Positions 9,406 through 17,980 of a stretch of 31,591 nt of DNA are shown here, in pieces. Positions within the stretch are counted from its first letter, which is position 1; every line of letters starts with the position of its first letter. The stretch is from Candidatus Sediminicultor tertius. GTDB taxonomy: Bacteria > Atribacterota > Phoenicimicrobiia > Phoenicimicrobiales > Phoenicimicrobiaceae. Position numbers and translations under genes: made by a program. The stretch lies in the NCBI GenBank assembly GCA_003527405.1, contig DPXH01000072.1:1-31591 (forward strand), written 5' to 3'. Below the pieces are notes generated by a model, which saw only the letters and a list, made by a program, of their open reading frames with translations, searched no databases and was not told where the DNA came from.

Positions 9406-9440
9406 TTATATAACAATTAACGACAAGAGGGAATTATTTT

Positions 9441-10493
9441 ATGGAAAATATTTTTTTGATTATGCCGGGAAAAGTATCGGATAGTTTTGCCGAGATTGTC
9501 AAAATAGCCACTGAAAATTGCCCATTAAAAATTATAAAAACTGTTAAGGATCTTCCCGTTGATTTACAAAATAAAAAGATTATATTTGCTATTGAATTAG
9601 ATGAATGCGGATTTAATCTCCCTCTGTTTGAGATGCTTTTAAAATTAAAGAAAAGGGGAGATAATGTTCTTTCAGGTTCAAGAGCAGTCATTATAATCCA
9701 AAGTTCGAGTGAGTTATTTACCAAGAGCACCGCTCAGAAGATGATTTTTCTAACCAATCAGATGGGGTGCCGGTTCCCCGGTCATCCGGTTGTAGAGGCC
9801 ACTTATAATCTTAATAATTTTCTTACCTGGCAAAAAATATATAACCTGCCTCTTGTAGAGATTTACCGAGAACGGGCCAGGGAATTAGTAAAAAAATTAA
9901 AAGATGAGAACTTAAAATTAATTAATAGACCGAAGATACTTGTATTGCATTCGAGTTTGTTTAAGACATCTAATACTCTTATGCTCTGGAAGATGGTAAA
10001 AGAAAGCCTTGGCGGGGAAGATATAAGAGAACTCCACGTAGAAAATGGAACTGTGGTAGATTGCCGGGGGTGTTCTTATAAAACCTGTATTCATTACAGT
10101 GAAGAAAAAAGCTGTTTTTATGGGGGGATTATGGTAAAAGAAATTCTTCCTGCGATAGAAGAGGTTGATTGTATCATCTGGTTATGCCCCAATTATAATG
10201 ATGTAATATCCGCAAAGCTTATGGCAGTTATAAATAGGATGACTGTACTTTATAAGAGAGTGAAATTTGGGGATAAAACTCTATTTTCCCTTGTGGTTTC
10301 CGGAAATTCAGGGAGTGATTGTGTGGCTAAACAGCTAATAGGGGCTTTAAATATTAACAAAGGATTCAGACTGCCTCCTTATTTTGCTTTAACTGCTACT
10401 GCCAATGACCCCGGGTCAATAATGAATGTCCCGGGGGTAGACCAAAAAGCAAAAGAATTCGCTGAAAACATAAAAAGAGAGATTAAAAAATAA
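9441..10493 (+). CDS. Tandem flavodoxin-fold protein; C-terminal half resembles NADPH-dependent FMN reductase / iron-sulfur flavoprotein
   Basis: KILVLHSS...TSNT (FMN phosphate-loop-like), C208xxC211x4C216x8C225, IIWLCPNYND, VVSGNSG; N-terminal half looks like a degenerate second flavodoxin fold. Confidence 0.75.
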   Translation: MENIFLIMPGKVSDSFAEIVKIATENCPLKIIKTVKDLPVDLQNKKIIFAIELDECGFNLPLFEMLLKLKKRGDNVLSGSRAVIIIQSSSELFTKSTAQKMIFLTNQMGCRFPGHPVVEATYNLNNFLTWQKIYNLPLVEIYRERARELVKKLKDENLKLINRPKILVLHSSLFKTSNTLMLWKMVKESLGGEDIRELHVENGTVVDCRGCSYKTCIHYSEEKSCFYGGIMVKEILPAIEEVDCIIWLCPNYNDVISAKLMAVINRMTVLYKRVKFGDKTLFSLVVSGNSGSDCVAKQLIGALNINKGFRLPPYFALTATANDPGSIMNVPGVDQKAKEFAENIKREIKK

Positions 10494-10511
10494 AGAGATT
10501 TAATTTGTATT

Positions 10512-11540
10512 ATGCAGAAGAAAGATATTAAAAATTTTAGCTTAAACGAACTTCAGGAAGAGGTTAAAAATTTAGGGGTTGAAAGATATAGGGCAGCTCA
10601 ATTATTTAATCTGCTTTACAAAAAGGGCATAGAAGACTTCAGAGATATGCTGAGCCTACCAGCAGCATTTAGGGAATTACTTCAAGAAAATTTTTACATA
10701 AGCAAGATGGAGCTGGTAAATTTAGCCAAATCGAAAGACCAAACCGAAAAATATTTATTTAAGTTAGAAGATGGAAATTTAATAGAAAGCGTTCTCATAT
10801 TTTCTGGTAAAAGAGTGACCGAATGTATATCTTCCCAAATCGGCTGTAAATATAACTGTTTGTTTTGTGAAAGCGGCAAAAAAGGTTTTACCAGAAACCT
10901 TACGGTTAGCGAGATTTTAAATCAAGTTTTATTTGTAAAGAAAAAGATCGAATCTAATCTCAATAATATTGTATTTATGGGTATTGGTGAGCCTTTAGAT
11001 AATTATGATAATGTGGTAAAAGCCATCTGTATATTGAATTCTAAAGATGCTTTCAATATCGGGGCAAGAAAGATTACCATTTCTACCTGTGGGGTAATAC
11101 CGGCTATAAAAAGGTTACAAGAGCGTAATTGGCAGGTGGAGTTATCAGTTTCTCTGCATGCTCCGGAGAATAAACTAAGGTCTTACCTGATGCCGGTAAA
11201 TAATATGTATCCCTTACCCGATCTGATAGAAGTATGCAGGAATTATGCGGAAAAAACTAAAAGGCAGATTACTTTTGAATATATTTTAATCAAAGGAGTG
11301 AATGATTCACTGATTTACGCAGATAAATTAGCTAAACTGATTGGCGGATTTAATTCTAAAGTAAATCTAATTACCTTTAATCCTGCGCCCGATTCTTTAC
11401 TGCAGGCACCCGGTATTTCCCAAGTCAAATCCTTTAAAAATAAGCTGACAGCCGGGGGAATCCCAACCACTATAAGAATATCAAAGGGTGATGATATCTC
11501 TGCTGCCTGTGGACAGCTAAAGAGCCTGCACCTAAAATAA
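10512..11540 (+). CDS. rlmN: Dual-specificity RNA methyltransferase RlmN (radical SAM)
   Basis: DQTEKYLF, CISSQIGCKYNCLFC (CxxxCxxC), MGIGEP, SVSLHA, TFEYILI.GVND, KVNLI.FNP, DISAACGQL. Confidence 0.92.
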   Translation: MQKKDIKNFSLNELQEEVKNLGVERYRAAQLFNLLYKKGIEDFRDMLSLPAAFRELLQENFYISKMELVNLAKSKDQTEKYLFKLEDGNLIESVLIFSGKRVTECISSQIGCKYNCLFCESGKKGFTRNLTVSEILNQVLFVKKKIESNLNNIVFMGIGEPLDNYDNVVKAICILNSKDAFNIGARKITISTCGVIPAIKRLQERNWQVELSVSLHAPENKLRSYLMPVNNMYPLPDLIEVCRNYAEKTKRQITFEYILIKGVNDSLIYADKLAKLIGGFNSKVNLITFNPAPDSLLQAPGISQVKSFKNKLTAGGIPTTIRISKGDDISAACGQLKSLHLK

Positions 11541-11614
11541 GTTACCAGGGTATAGGCGATACGCCCCTATTTTTTACCTGTTATCCGATACTTGTTTTCA
11601 CAAGAAGGGCAAAG

Positions 11615-11691
11615 GTAGGCGCACGATGCATCGTGCCCCTGATAATCAGAATACAATAATATAAGAAGGGCACAATTCATTGTGCCCATAC
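11615..11691. repeat. REPIN-like doublet, type 2
   Basis: GTAGGCGCACGATGCATCGTGCCCC (11615-11639) and inverted AGGGCACAATTCATTGTGCCCATAC (11667-11691). Confidence 0.8.
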
Positions 11692-11783
11692 AAAATAGCA
11701 CCTGATTTCTTTATTTTCTTTCTTTCCCTATTATTTTTTAACCAGCTAATCAGGTAACCAACTAACCAAATAACTAATTCCTA

Positions 11784-11814
11784 ACGCAATACGCAATACG
11801 CAATACGCAATACG
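11784..11814. repeat. Perfect heptamer tandem array (ACGCAAT)4-ACG
   Basis: Read directly: acgcaat acgcaat acgcaat acgcaat acg. Confidence 0.9.
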
Positions 11815-11823
11815 AAAATATTC

Positions 11824-11851
11824 TTGACTTTATAAACATATCTGATATACT
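11824..11851 (+). promoter_or_regulatory. Sigma70-type promoter of the tRNA gene
   Basis: TTGACT (11824-11829), 16-bp spacer, TGnTATACT (11843-11851), 25 nt upstream of the tRNA. Confidence 0.65.
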
Positions 11852-11876
11852 TTTAACGAAGATAATGTTAGCTAAC

Positions 11877-11952
11877 GGGCCCATAGCTCAGCTGGCAGAG
11901 CAACCGGCTCATAACCGGTCGGTCCCTGGTTCGAATCCAGGTGGGCCCACCA
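11877..11952 (+). tRNA. tRNA with CAT anticodon, most likely tRNA-Ile2 (lysidine-modified)
   Basis: 76 nt: acceptor GGGCCCA/TGGGCCC + ACCA, D stem GCTC/GAGC, anticodon arm ACCGG-CTCATAA-CCGGT, T arm CCTGG-TTCGAAT-CCAGG. Normal G1-C72 pair (not initiator); C4/C5 acceptor pattern resembles Ile2 rather than elongator Met. Confidence 0.92.
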
Positions 11953-12047
11953 GAAATTGGTAATTATTAATTTTATTGATAATAGATAATACAGGTAGTG
12001 TGGAATTTATGATAAAACAAAAAATTATAAAAATACCAGAATATTAT

Positions 12048-12088
12048 AAAAACCTTACTTCTTTTATATAAGAAGTAAGGTTTTTTTG
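12048..12088 (+). terminator. Intrinsic terminator after the tRNA
   Basis: aaaaaccttacttctt-ttatat-aagaagtaaggttttttt: long perfect stem plus U-tract. Confidence 0.85.
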
Positions 12089-12134
12089 TTTTAAAGGGCT
12101 TTACAGCTGTGAAGAGAGGAGGAAGGAGTTATTA

Positions 12135-12848
12135 ATGGAAGAACAATATGATATCCTTTTGGAATTACAGAAAATCGATATTGATATCGATAAAGAAGAG
12201 AAAAAGAAGAGAAGTCTTCCTTCAATAATAGCAGGGATCACCAAAAAGATTCAGGGGATAAAAGATAGTTTAAAAAATAAGAATGAAGATTATAAGAGTT
12301 TGCAGATTAAATTGAAGAGAAAAGAATTGGATTTAGCTGAAAAATCTAATAAAATTAGCAAACATCAGGAGGATTTATACGGAGGGAAGATATCTGATAT
12401 AAAGGAGCTTAAACAGATACAGAAGGTCATAGCCAAGTATGAAGAAGAAAAAAATGGTATTGAAGAAGAAATTTTGGACATTATGGAAGAAATAGAAGAT
12501 CTTAATAAATCAATTTATAATCTCGAAGAAGATTTGAAAGGCAAAGAGAGAGAATTCAAAAAGTGCCAAGAGGAAATAGACTCAGCAATGATAGTAATTG
12601 AAAAGAGCACGAGTTCTTTAAATATCAAAAGAGAAGAAATATTAAATAAAATAACCGATAGCCGCCTTTTAAAAGAATATGAACTTTTAAGAAAAGAGAA
12701 GGGCGGAAAGGCTATTATGGAAGTTGACGGTTCTATCTGTCCGGGCTGTTATCTCGACCTCCCCAGCGATGTTATTTATCAATTAGAAAAGAATCGTAAA
12801 ATAATAATTTGTCCCAATTGCAGCCGAATTCTAATCTGGAAAGATTAA
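12135..12848 (+). CDS. Coiled-coil protein with C-terminal C4 zinc ribbon (DUF164 / CT398-HP0958-like)
   Basis: LLELQKID N-terminus, long heptad-rich helix, GGKAIMEV..SICPGCYLDLP...IIICPNCSRIL; AGGAG RBS. Confidence 0.88.
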   Translation: MEEQYDILLELQKIDIDIDKEEKKKRSLPSIIAGITKKIQGIKDSLKNKNEDYKSLQIKLKRKELDLAEKSNKISKHQEDLYGGKISDIKELKQIQKVIAKYEEEKNGIEEEILDIMEEIEDLNKSIYNLEEDLKGKEREFKKCQEEIDSAMIVIEKSTSSLNIKREEILNKITDSRLLKEYELLRKEKGGKAIMEVDGSICPGCYLDLPSDVIYQLEKNRKIIICPNCSRILIWKD

Positions 12849-12898
12849 CTCAAACCTCGATACGAATTTTTTCTGATTCTCGGTTTCTATTATCTTTG

Positions 12899-13043
12899 CG
12901 AGATACGTTCACGAGATACAATTTCGTTGTTCGTATCTAGTATCTCGAAAGAAAAATAAATTCAAATACACAACTTTTTTAATTTTTAAATATTTTAACT
13001 ATTTATTTCTTTGCGAGATACGATTCACGAGATACGAGATACG
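12899..13043. repeat. Cluster of CGAGATA heptamer arrays in both orientations, related to the 57-bp element
   Basis: cgagatacgttcacgagatac (~12899), ttcgtatctagtatctcg (~12929), cgagatacgattcacgagatacgagatacg (~13014-13043). The flank gattctcggtttctatta is shared with ~28799. Confidence 0.7.
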
Positions 13044-13054
13044 CATTAAGTTAA

Positions 13055-13083
13055 TTGACTTTATCAGGTTAAAATGATATTTT
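13055..13083 (+). promoter_or_regulatory. Putative sigma70 promoter of rnpB
   Basis: TTGACT (13055-13060), 17 bp, TGn-TATTTT (13078-13083). Confidence 0.5.
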
Positions 13084-13105
13084 AAAATTGAAAAAAAGAA
13101 TATTT

Positions 13106-13471
13106 GATAAGTAGGTCAGGTAATCGCGGAAGAAATAACATTTCTTCCGAGGAAAGTCCGAGCTCCATAGGGCAGAGTGCTGGGTAATCCCCAGTGAGGG
13201 TAACCTTAAGGAAAGTGCTACAGAAAATACACAGCCGGGAACTCTATTTTGAGTACTCGGTAAAGGTGAAAAGGCAGGGTAAGAGCCTACCAGTTGTTAG
13301 GTGACTAACAAGCTTAGTAAACCCCACTCGGAGCAAGACCAAATAGGAAGAGCTGTGGTGGCCCGCTGAATCTTCGGGTAGGTCGCTAGAGATGTAAGGT
13401 AACTTACATCCCAGATAGATGATTACCACCCTTATAAGGGGACAGAACTCGGCTTATACGATCTACTTATC
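13106..13471 (+). ncRNA. rnpB: RNase P RNA, bacterial type A
   Basis: GAGGAAAGTCCGAGCTCC, AGTGCTACAGAAAA, GGTGAAAAGG...GGTAAGAG, GGAGCAAG.CCAAATAGG, CGGGTAGG, TAGAT..ATGATTACC, ACAGAACTCGGCTTA. Terminal P1 pairing gataagtaggtc / gatctacttatc. Compensatory change in P11 (GTGCTA / TAGT..AC). Confidence 0.97.
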
Positions 13472-13486
13472 AAAATAAATTAATAT

Positions 13487-13527
13487 AAAGACATACGATA
13501 AAACATTTTATTGTATGTCTTTTTTTA
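13487..13527 (+). terminator. Intrinsic terminator after rnpB
   Basis: aaagacatacgataaaa-cat-tttattgtatgtcttttttt hairpin plus U-tract. Confidence 0.8.
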
Positions 13528-13719
13528 TTTTATCCCATCCAGATATTCTTTGTGAGAATTAACTTAATCACTGAAAATGGGTCGGAAATACGCTCAGAAA
13601 TAGCGTATCTACTATAGAGAAGACGCTAAATATGGGGTTTTTTAAAATTTTTTAAAAAAAATTAAATTATTTTCAAAAAAAAAGAGGGTTTTTTAAAAGA
13701 ATGTAGTATACTATATGTA

Positions 13720-13745
13720 GTGGAGCAAAGTGGAGCAAAGTGGAG
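13720..13745 (+). promoter_or_regulatory. MraZ operator: three GTGGAG boxes at 10-bp period
   Basis: GTGGAGCAAA GTGGAGCAAA GTGGAG, just downstream of a TATACT -10-like box (13707-13712) and upstream of mraZ; matches known MraZ direct-repeat boxes. Confidence 0.85.
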
Positions 13746-13767
13746 GATATAATATAAAGGAGATTTT

Positions 13768-14199
13768 ATGTTTTTAGGACAGTATGAGCACTCTATCGAT
13801 GAAAAGGGAAGAGTGATTGTGCCGGCAAAATACCGGGAATCTTTGGGTGATAATTTTATTATCACTTTCGGTCTCGATACTTGCCTTTTTGTGTATCCTC
13901 TGGAAGAATGGAAAAATTTATCAGAAAAAATGAAACAGCTTCCCCTGGGGCAGAGAGATGCCCGGGCATTTAAGCGGATACTATTTTCCCGGGCCACTGA
14001 TTGCACCATGGATAATCAAGGCAGAGTCATTATTATGAAATATCTGAGAGATTACGCCCGGATTAATAAAGAAATTATAATTATTGGTGTTTCAGATAGG
14101 GTAGAGATCTGGAGTAAAGATGTATGGCAAAAATACTCTAAAGAGGTTGAAGGCTCATATGAGGATATTGCCGAAAGAATATATGAACAAGAAGGGTAA
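13768..14199 (+). CDS. mraZ: Division/cell wall cluster transcriptional repressor MraZ
   Basis: MFLGQYEHSIDEKGRVIVPAKYR...DNQGRVII...IGVSDRVEIWS (two DxxGR motifs). Confidence 0.97.
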   Translation: MFLGQYEHSIDEKGRVIVPAKYRESLGDNFIITFGLDTCLFVYPLEEWKNLSEKMKQLPLGQRDARAFKRILFSRATDCTMDNQGRVIIMKYLRDYARINKEIIIIGVSDRVEIWSKDVWQKYSKEVEGSYEDIAERIYEQEG

Positions 14200-14202
14200 T
14201 CT

Positions 14203-15132
14203 ATGGTAAATTCCTTTCACACTCCTGTGTTAACAAAAGAGATCTTAAGTTATCTAAACATAGAGAAAGGAGGTGTTTATATCGATTGCACTTTAGGAGG
14301 TGGAGGACACTCCAAAGCCATTTTGGAGAACATTTATCCCCACGGCTTAGTAGTCGGCATCGACCAGGATATAGAGGCAATTGAAACAGCAAAAGAAGAA
14401 CTGAAAAGGTATATCGATAAAGTAAAATTAGTTAAAGGTAATTTTAAAAATTTAGAAGGAATTCTATCAGACTTAAAGATTGAAACAGTTTCGGGGATAG
14501 TCTTTGATTTAGGAGTGTCCTTCCACCAATTAAAAGAGAAAGAACGAGGATTCAGCTTTAAAAAAGACAGTCATTTAGACATGCGGATGGATCTAACCCA
14601 AAAATTTAACGCTGATACCCTGATAAATAGTTATCCGGAAAAAGATTTAACTGAAATATTTGAAAAATACGGAGAAGAACGGTTTTCCGGGAGGATTGCC
14701 CGTTTAATCGTAACAGAACGAAAAAAGAAAGCCATCACTACCACCAAGCAGTTAGCTGATTTAGTAGTAAGGTCTCTTCCCAGGGCTAAAAAAAGACGCA
14801 CCTGGAAAATTCATCCGGCAACCAGGGTTTTTCAGGCTATCAGGATTGAAGTAAACCAGGAGCTTAAAGCCCTGGAAAGCGGGCTGAATCAGGCAATTAT
14901 GGCTTTAAAGGATAAGGGTAGGATATGTGTTATTTCCTACCATTCATTAGAGGATAGGATAGTTAAACACCTGTTTAAGGAAACAGAAAAAGAAGGGAAA
15001 GAACAAAAGAATTACGGATTGAAGATTATAACTAAAAAACCGATTAGACCTTCTTCGGAGGAAGTAAGGGATAACCCCAAGGCAAGAAGCGCTAAACTGA
15101 GAGTAGCGGAGAAAATAATATCTGTAAATTAA
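14203..15132 (+). CDS. rsmH: 16S rRNA m4C1402 methyltransferase RsmH (MraW)
   Basis: HTPVL, DCTLGGGGHS, DLGVS, LDMRMD, HPATRVFQAIRIEVN, ISYHSLEDR, NPKARSAKLR. Confidence 0.97.
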   Translation: MVNSFHTPVLTKEILSYLNIEKGGVYIDCTLGGGGHSKAILENIYPHGLVVGIDQDIEAIETAKEELKRYIDKVKLVKGNFKNLEGILSDLKIETVSGIVFDLGVSFHQLKEKERGFSFKKDSHLDMRMDLTQKFNADTLINSYPEKDLTEIFEKYGEERFSGRIARLIVTERKKKAITTTKQLADLVVRSLPRAKKRRTWKIHPATRVFQAIRIEVNQELKALESGLNQAIMALKDKGRICVISYHSLEDRIVKHLFKETEKEGKEQKNYGLKIITKKPIRPSSEEVRDNPKARSAKLRVAEKIISVN

Positions 15133-15168
15133 TTAGCGGCTAACGACTAATTAAAGGAGTGATGAAAT

Positions 15169-15609
15169 ATGAGAGGAAGTAGTGTTATAGCTACTGGAAA
15201 TTACGAAAGTAAGAATACCTTAATTGTTTTTGGGTCATTTTTAATTTTAGTAATTCTTATCACTTCGATAATAATATTTTATATTTCTAATAATATTATA
15301 TTAACTGAGTTGGGATACAAATTGATGAAGTTAGAAAATGAAAAGATAGCCTTGGAAGAAGAAAATAGAAAACTTGAACTTACCGTGGAGACTCTTTCTG
15401 CTTTAGATAGAATTGAAAAAATTGCCTGTAATCAGTTAGGAATGATTAGACCAAAGGAAGTGAAGTTTATTGCTTTAAGCCCCAAGACTAAGGTTAATTC
15501 CGGAAATGATACCGGGATAATCAGTAATAATTATGAAGAGAAAAAGAATTTTTGGGCAAGTTTTGACCTAAATAAGATAAATGATTTGATTTTAGGGGTA
15601 TTAAAATAA
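15169..15609 (+). CDS. ftsL: Cell division protein FtsL
   Basis: One TM helix, coiled coil, L..LDRIEKIA..QLGM..P; located between rsmH and the PBP gene. Confidence 0.85.
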   Translation: MRGSSVIATGNYESKNTLIVFGSFLILVILITSIIIFYISNNIILTELGYKLMKLENEKIALEEENRKLELTVETLSALDRIEKIACNQLGMIRPKEVKFIALSPKTKVNSGNDTGIISNNYEEKKNFWASFDLNKINDLILGVLK

Positions 15610-15648
15610 TATACTTGTAGCAGTATAGGTTAAAGAGGGCGGAAATAG

Positions 15649-17334
15649 TTGTTACCTTCCAAAGAAAAAAAAGAACGTATTATTTTTTTACTTATAATAT
15701 TCATAATTCTTTATTTTTCATTAATTTATAGATTATATAACATTCAGGTTATTCAAACTGATAAATTTAAAGAAATTGCCCAACAAGAACACCTCACTTC
15801 TTTTTCTATTGAGGGAGAACGGGGCAACATCTATGATAGAAATTATAAAAAGTTAGCCGTGAATGTTAATGTTCAATCTTTGTTTGCCATCCCCTCTAAA
15901 GTTAAGAACCCCCAGGAAACTGCCCAAAAAATATCTTCAATATTAAATTTAAAAACAAGAGATGTGCTGGATAAATTAAACCAGAAAAAATCTTTTGTAT
16001 GGATAAAAAGAAAATTAACCGAAACAGAAGTTGCAGAGATTAAAAAACTAAATTCAGAGGGATTAAATTTTTTAGATGAGAGTAAAAGGTATTACCCCAA
16101 AAATTATTTAGCTTCTAATTTAATGGGATTTGTGGGAATAGACAATCAAGGGCTGGAAGGTTTGGAATCATTTTTTGATAAAGAGCTAAAGGGGTTGCCC
16201 GGTTTGGTAGTTTTAGAAAGAGATGCTTCGGGAGGCAAGGTGCCTCTAAGCATCAAGGGATTAACTCCCCATAAAGATGGCCATTCAATTGTATTGACCA
16301 TTGATGAGGTTATCCAATATATTACCGAAGAAGCATTGGATAAGGCTTTTCAAAAATCTAAAGCTAAAGCAGGAATTGCTATTGTAGTAGAGCCTAAAAC
16401 CGGGGAAATTTTAGCAATGGCAGTAAAACCTTCTTATGACCTCAATTATTTTAATAAATATCCTCGTGATCTTTGGAGGAACAGGGCAGTAACCGATGCC
16501 TATGAGCCGGGCTCGACCTTTAAAATTATTACTATAGCCACCGCCCTGGAAGAAAAAGTAGTCAATTTAAATGACCAATTTTATTGTAAGGGATGGATAA
16601 AATACAATGGGACTATTTTTCACGATATACACCAACATGGCCCTCAAGACCTTACCGGTATAGTGAAAAATTCCTGTAATATAGGAGTAATTCAAACCGG
16701 GACGAGATTAGATGAAAAGGTTTTTGAAAAGTCGATCAGAAGGTTCGGGTTTGGTACATTGACTGAGATAAATTTACCCGGAGAAATAAACGGCCTGGTA
16801 AGAAGTACAAAGGATTGGTCCAAAATTTCCCTGGCTTCTCTATCTATAGGTCAAGAAATTTCCGTAACTCCCCTTCAGTTGATAATGGCTGTATCGGCTA
16901 TAGCTAACCGGGGGACTTTGATGAAGCCGATGATAGTAAAGGAAATAATAGATTCTGAGCAAAATAAGGTTAAAATATTTAAACCAAAGCCGGTAAGACA
17001 GGTAATATCGGTTGATACTACTTTAACTATGACTAAAATATTAGAACAAGTAGTGAATGACGGAACTGGTACGAGAGCTAAACTTGCAGGATACCAAGCA
17101 GCAGGAAAGACCGGGACTGCTCAAAAATTTGATTTTTCTATCGGTAAATATTCTGAAGATAAATACAGCTCTTTATTTGTAGGCTATGTTCCTTCAGAGA
17201 ATCCCAAGCTATCCATCCTGGTTTTATTAGATGAACCCAAGGGGAGTTATTACGGAGGGACAGTAGCTGCTCCTGTTTTCCAGGAGATTGCTTCCAAGGT
17301 TCTCCCTTACTTGTCGGTGCCGACGAATGAATAA
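15649..17334 (+). CDS. ftsI: Class B penicillin-binding protein (FtsI/SpoVD-like), no PASTA domain
   Basis: TTG start, N-terminal TM, ERGNIYDRN, YEPGSTFK (SxxK), SCN (SxN), KTGTAQK (KTG), YYGGTVAAPVF. Confidence 0.92.
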   Translation: MLPSKEKKERIIFLLIIFIILYFSLIYRLYNIQVIQTDKFKEIAQQEHLTSFSIEGERGNIYDRNYKKLAVNVNVQSLFAIPSKVKNPQETAQKISSILNLKTRDVLDKLNQKKSFVWIKRKLTETEVAEIKKLNSEGLNFLDESKRYYPKNYLASNLMGFVGIDNQGLEGLESFFDKELKGLPGLVVLERDASGGKVPLSIKGLTPHKDGHSIVLTIDEVIQYITEEALDKAFQKSKAKAGIAIVVEPKTGEILAMAVKPSYDLNYFNKYPRDLWRNRAVTDAYEPGSTFKIITIATALEEKVVNLNDQFYCKGWIKYNGTIFHDIHQHGPQDLTGIVKNSCNIGVIQTGTRLDEKVFEKSIRRFGFGTLTEINLPGEINGLVRSTKDWSKISLASLSIGQEISVTPLQLIMAVSAIANRGTLMKPMIVKEIIDSEQNKVKIFKPKPVRQVISVDTTLTMTKILEQVVNDGTGTRAKLAGYQAAGKTGTAQKFDFSIGKYSEDKYSSLFVGYVPSENPKLSILVLLDEPKGSYYGGTVAAPVFQEIASKVLPYLSVPTNE

Positions 17335-17960
17335 GTATATCGTATATCGTAAAGAGAATAGAAGACAGAATTCAGAAGTCAAAATAGTATCACGTATCGC
17401 GTATCGCGCGAAGAAAAAAGCGGATAGCGTGGAGCGTATAGCATATAGTGTAGAGTAAAATTAGCGTATAGCGTAAAGGGAATATAGCGAAAAATTAAAA
17501 GCGCAAAGCGCAAAATCATAGCGCAAAACTAAAAATAAAAAAAGTAGTAGTTTATATAATTGTATTAAAAAATCTAAAACAAAAAATAAAAAGTGTAAAA
17601 TTATACACTCTTCTGTCATTCCCACGAAAGTGGGAATCAAGTGTTAGAAGATAAAAAAAAGATGGATTCCTATTTTCATAGCCATGACAAAAGATATGAG
17701 CAATAAAAAAAGATAAGAAAAAAATGTTGTACAGAGTATTTTTTCCTATACGCTAAAAGCTGAATAGGTTTTAAGTTTTGAATTATGGTTTTTCGCTTTA
17801 CGCTTTAAGTTTTTAGTTGGTCAAAACGTATCAAAAGACTGCCCCTGGCACGCATTGAAACGCAATACGCAATACGATATACTATATACGAGATTTAACT
17901 GGAGAACGGGCGTCTTATCTTTCATACTATACGCTAAACGCTGTACGCTATACGCTATTT
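17335..17960. repeat. Composite repeat-built spacer (ftsI-murE)
   Basis: GTATCGC and TAGCGTA heptamer arms (17336-17474), A-rich arm (17492-17535), GTCATTCCCACGAAAGTGGGAATC (17615-17638) with degenerate inverted partner (17663-17689), T-rich arm (17769-17818), reverse heptamer arms (17858-17957). Confidence 0.75.
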
Positions 17961-17980
17961 ATAATATTGAGGTATTTTTT

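Noticed and set aside
11877-11952. tRNA-Met call from the CAT anticodon
   Set aside because: No initiator features (no C1:A72 mismatch, no three G-C pairs in the anticodon stem); overall sequence resembles Ile2 tRNAs more than elongator Met. Not fully excluded without a covariance-model score.
13305-13325. Apparent loss of a GGU motif in RNase P RNA (AGTAAAC instead of GGTAAAC)
   Set aside because: This is the P11 strand, with a compensatory change (GTGCTA/TAGT); the CCA-pairing GGU in CGGGTAGG is intact.
13244-13429. 61-aa minus-strand ORF
   Set aside because: Lies wholly within the RNase P RNA gene.
15649-17334. PBP lacking PASTA domains, or a sporulation SpoVD
   Set aside because: PASTA-less class B PBPs are common; it is the only PBP in the dcw cluster and no sporulation genes are present.
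17855-17980. 42-aa N-terminal extension of MurE in the ORF track
   Set aside because: It is translated heptamer repeat; the RBS and homology begin at ATG 17981.
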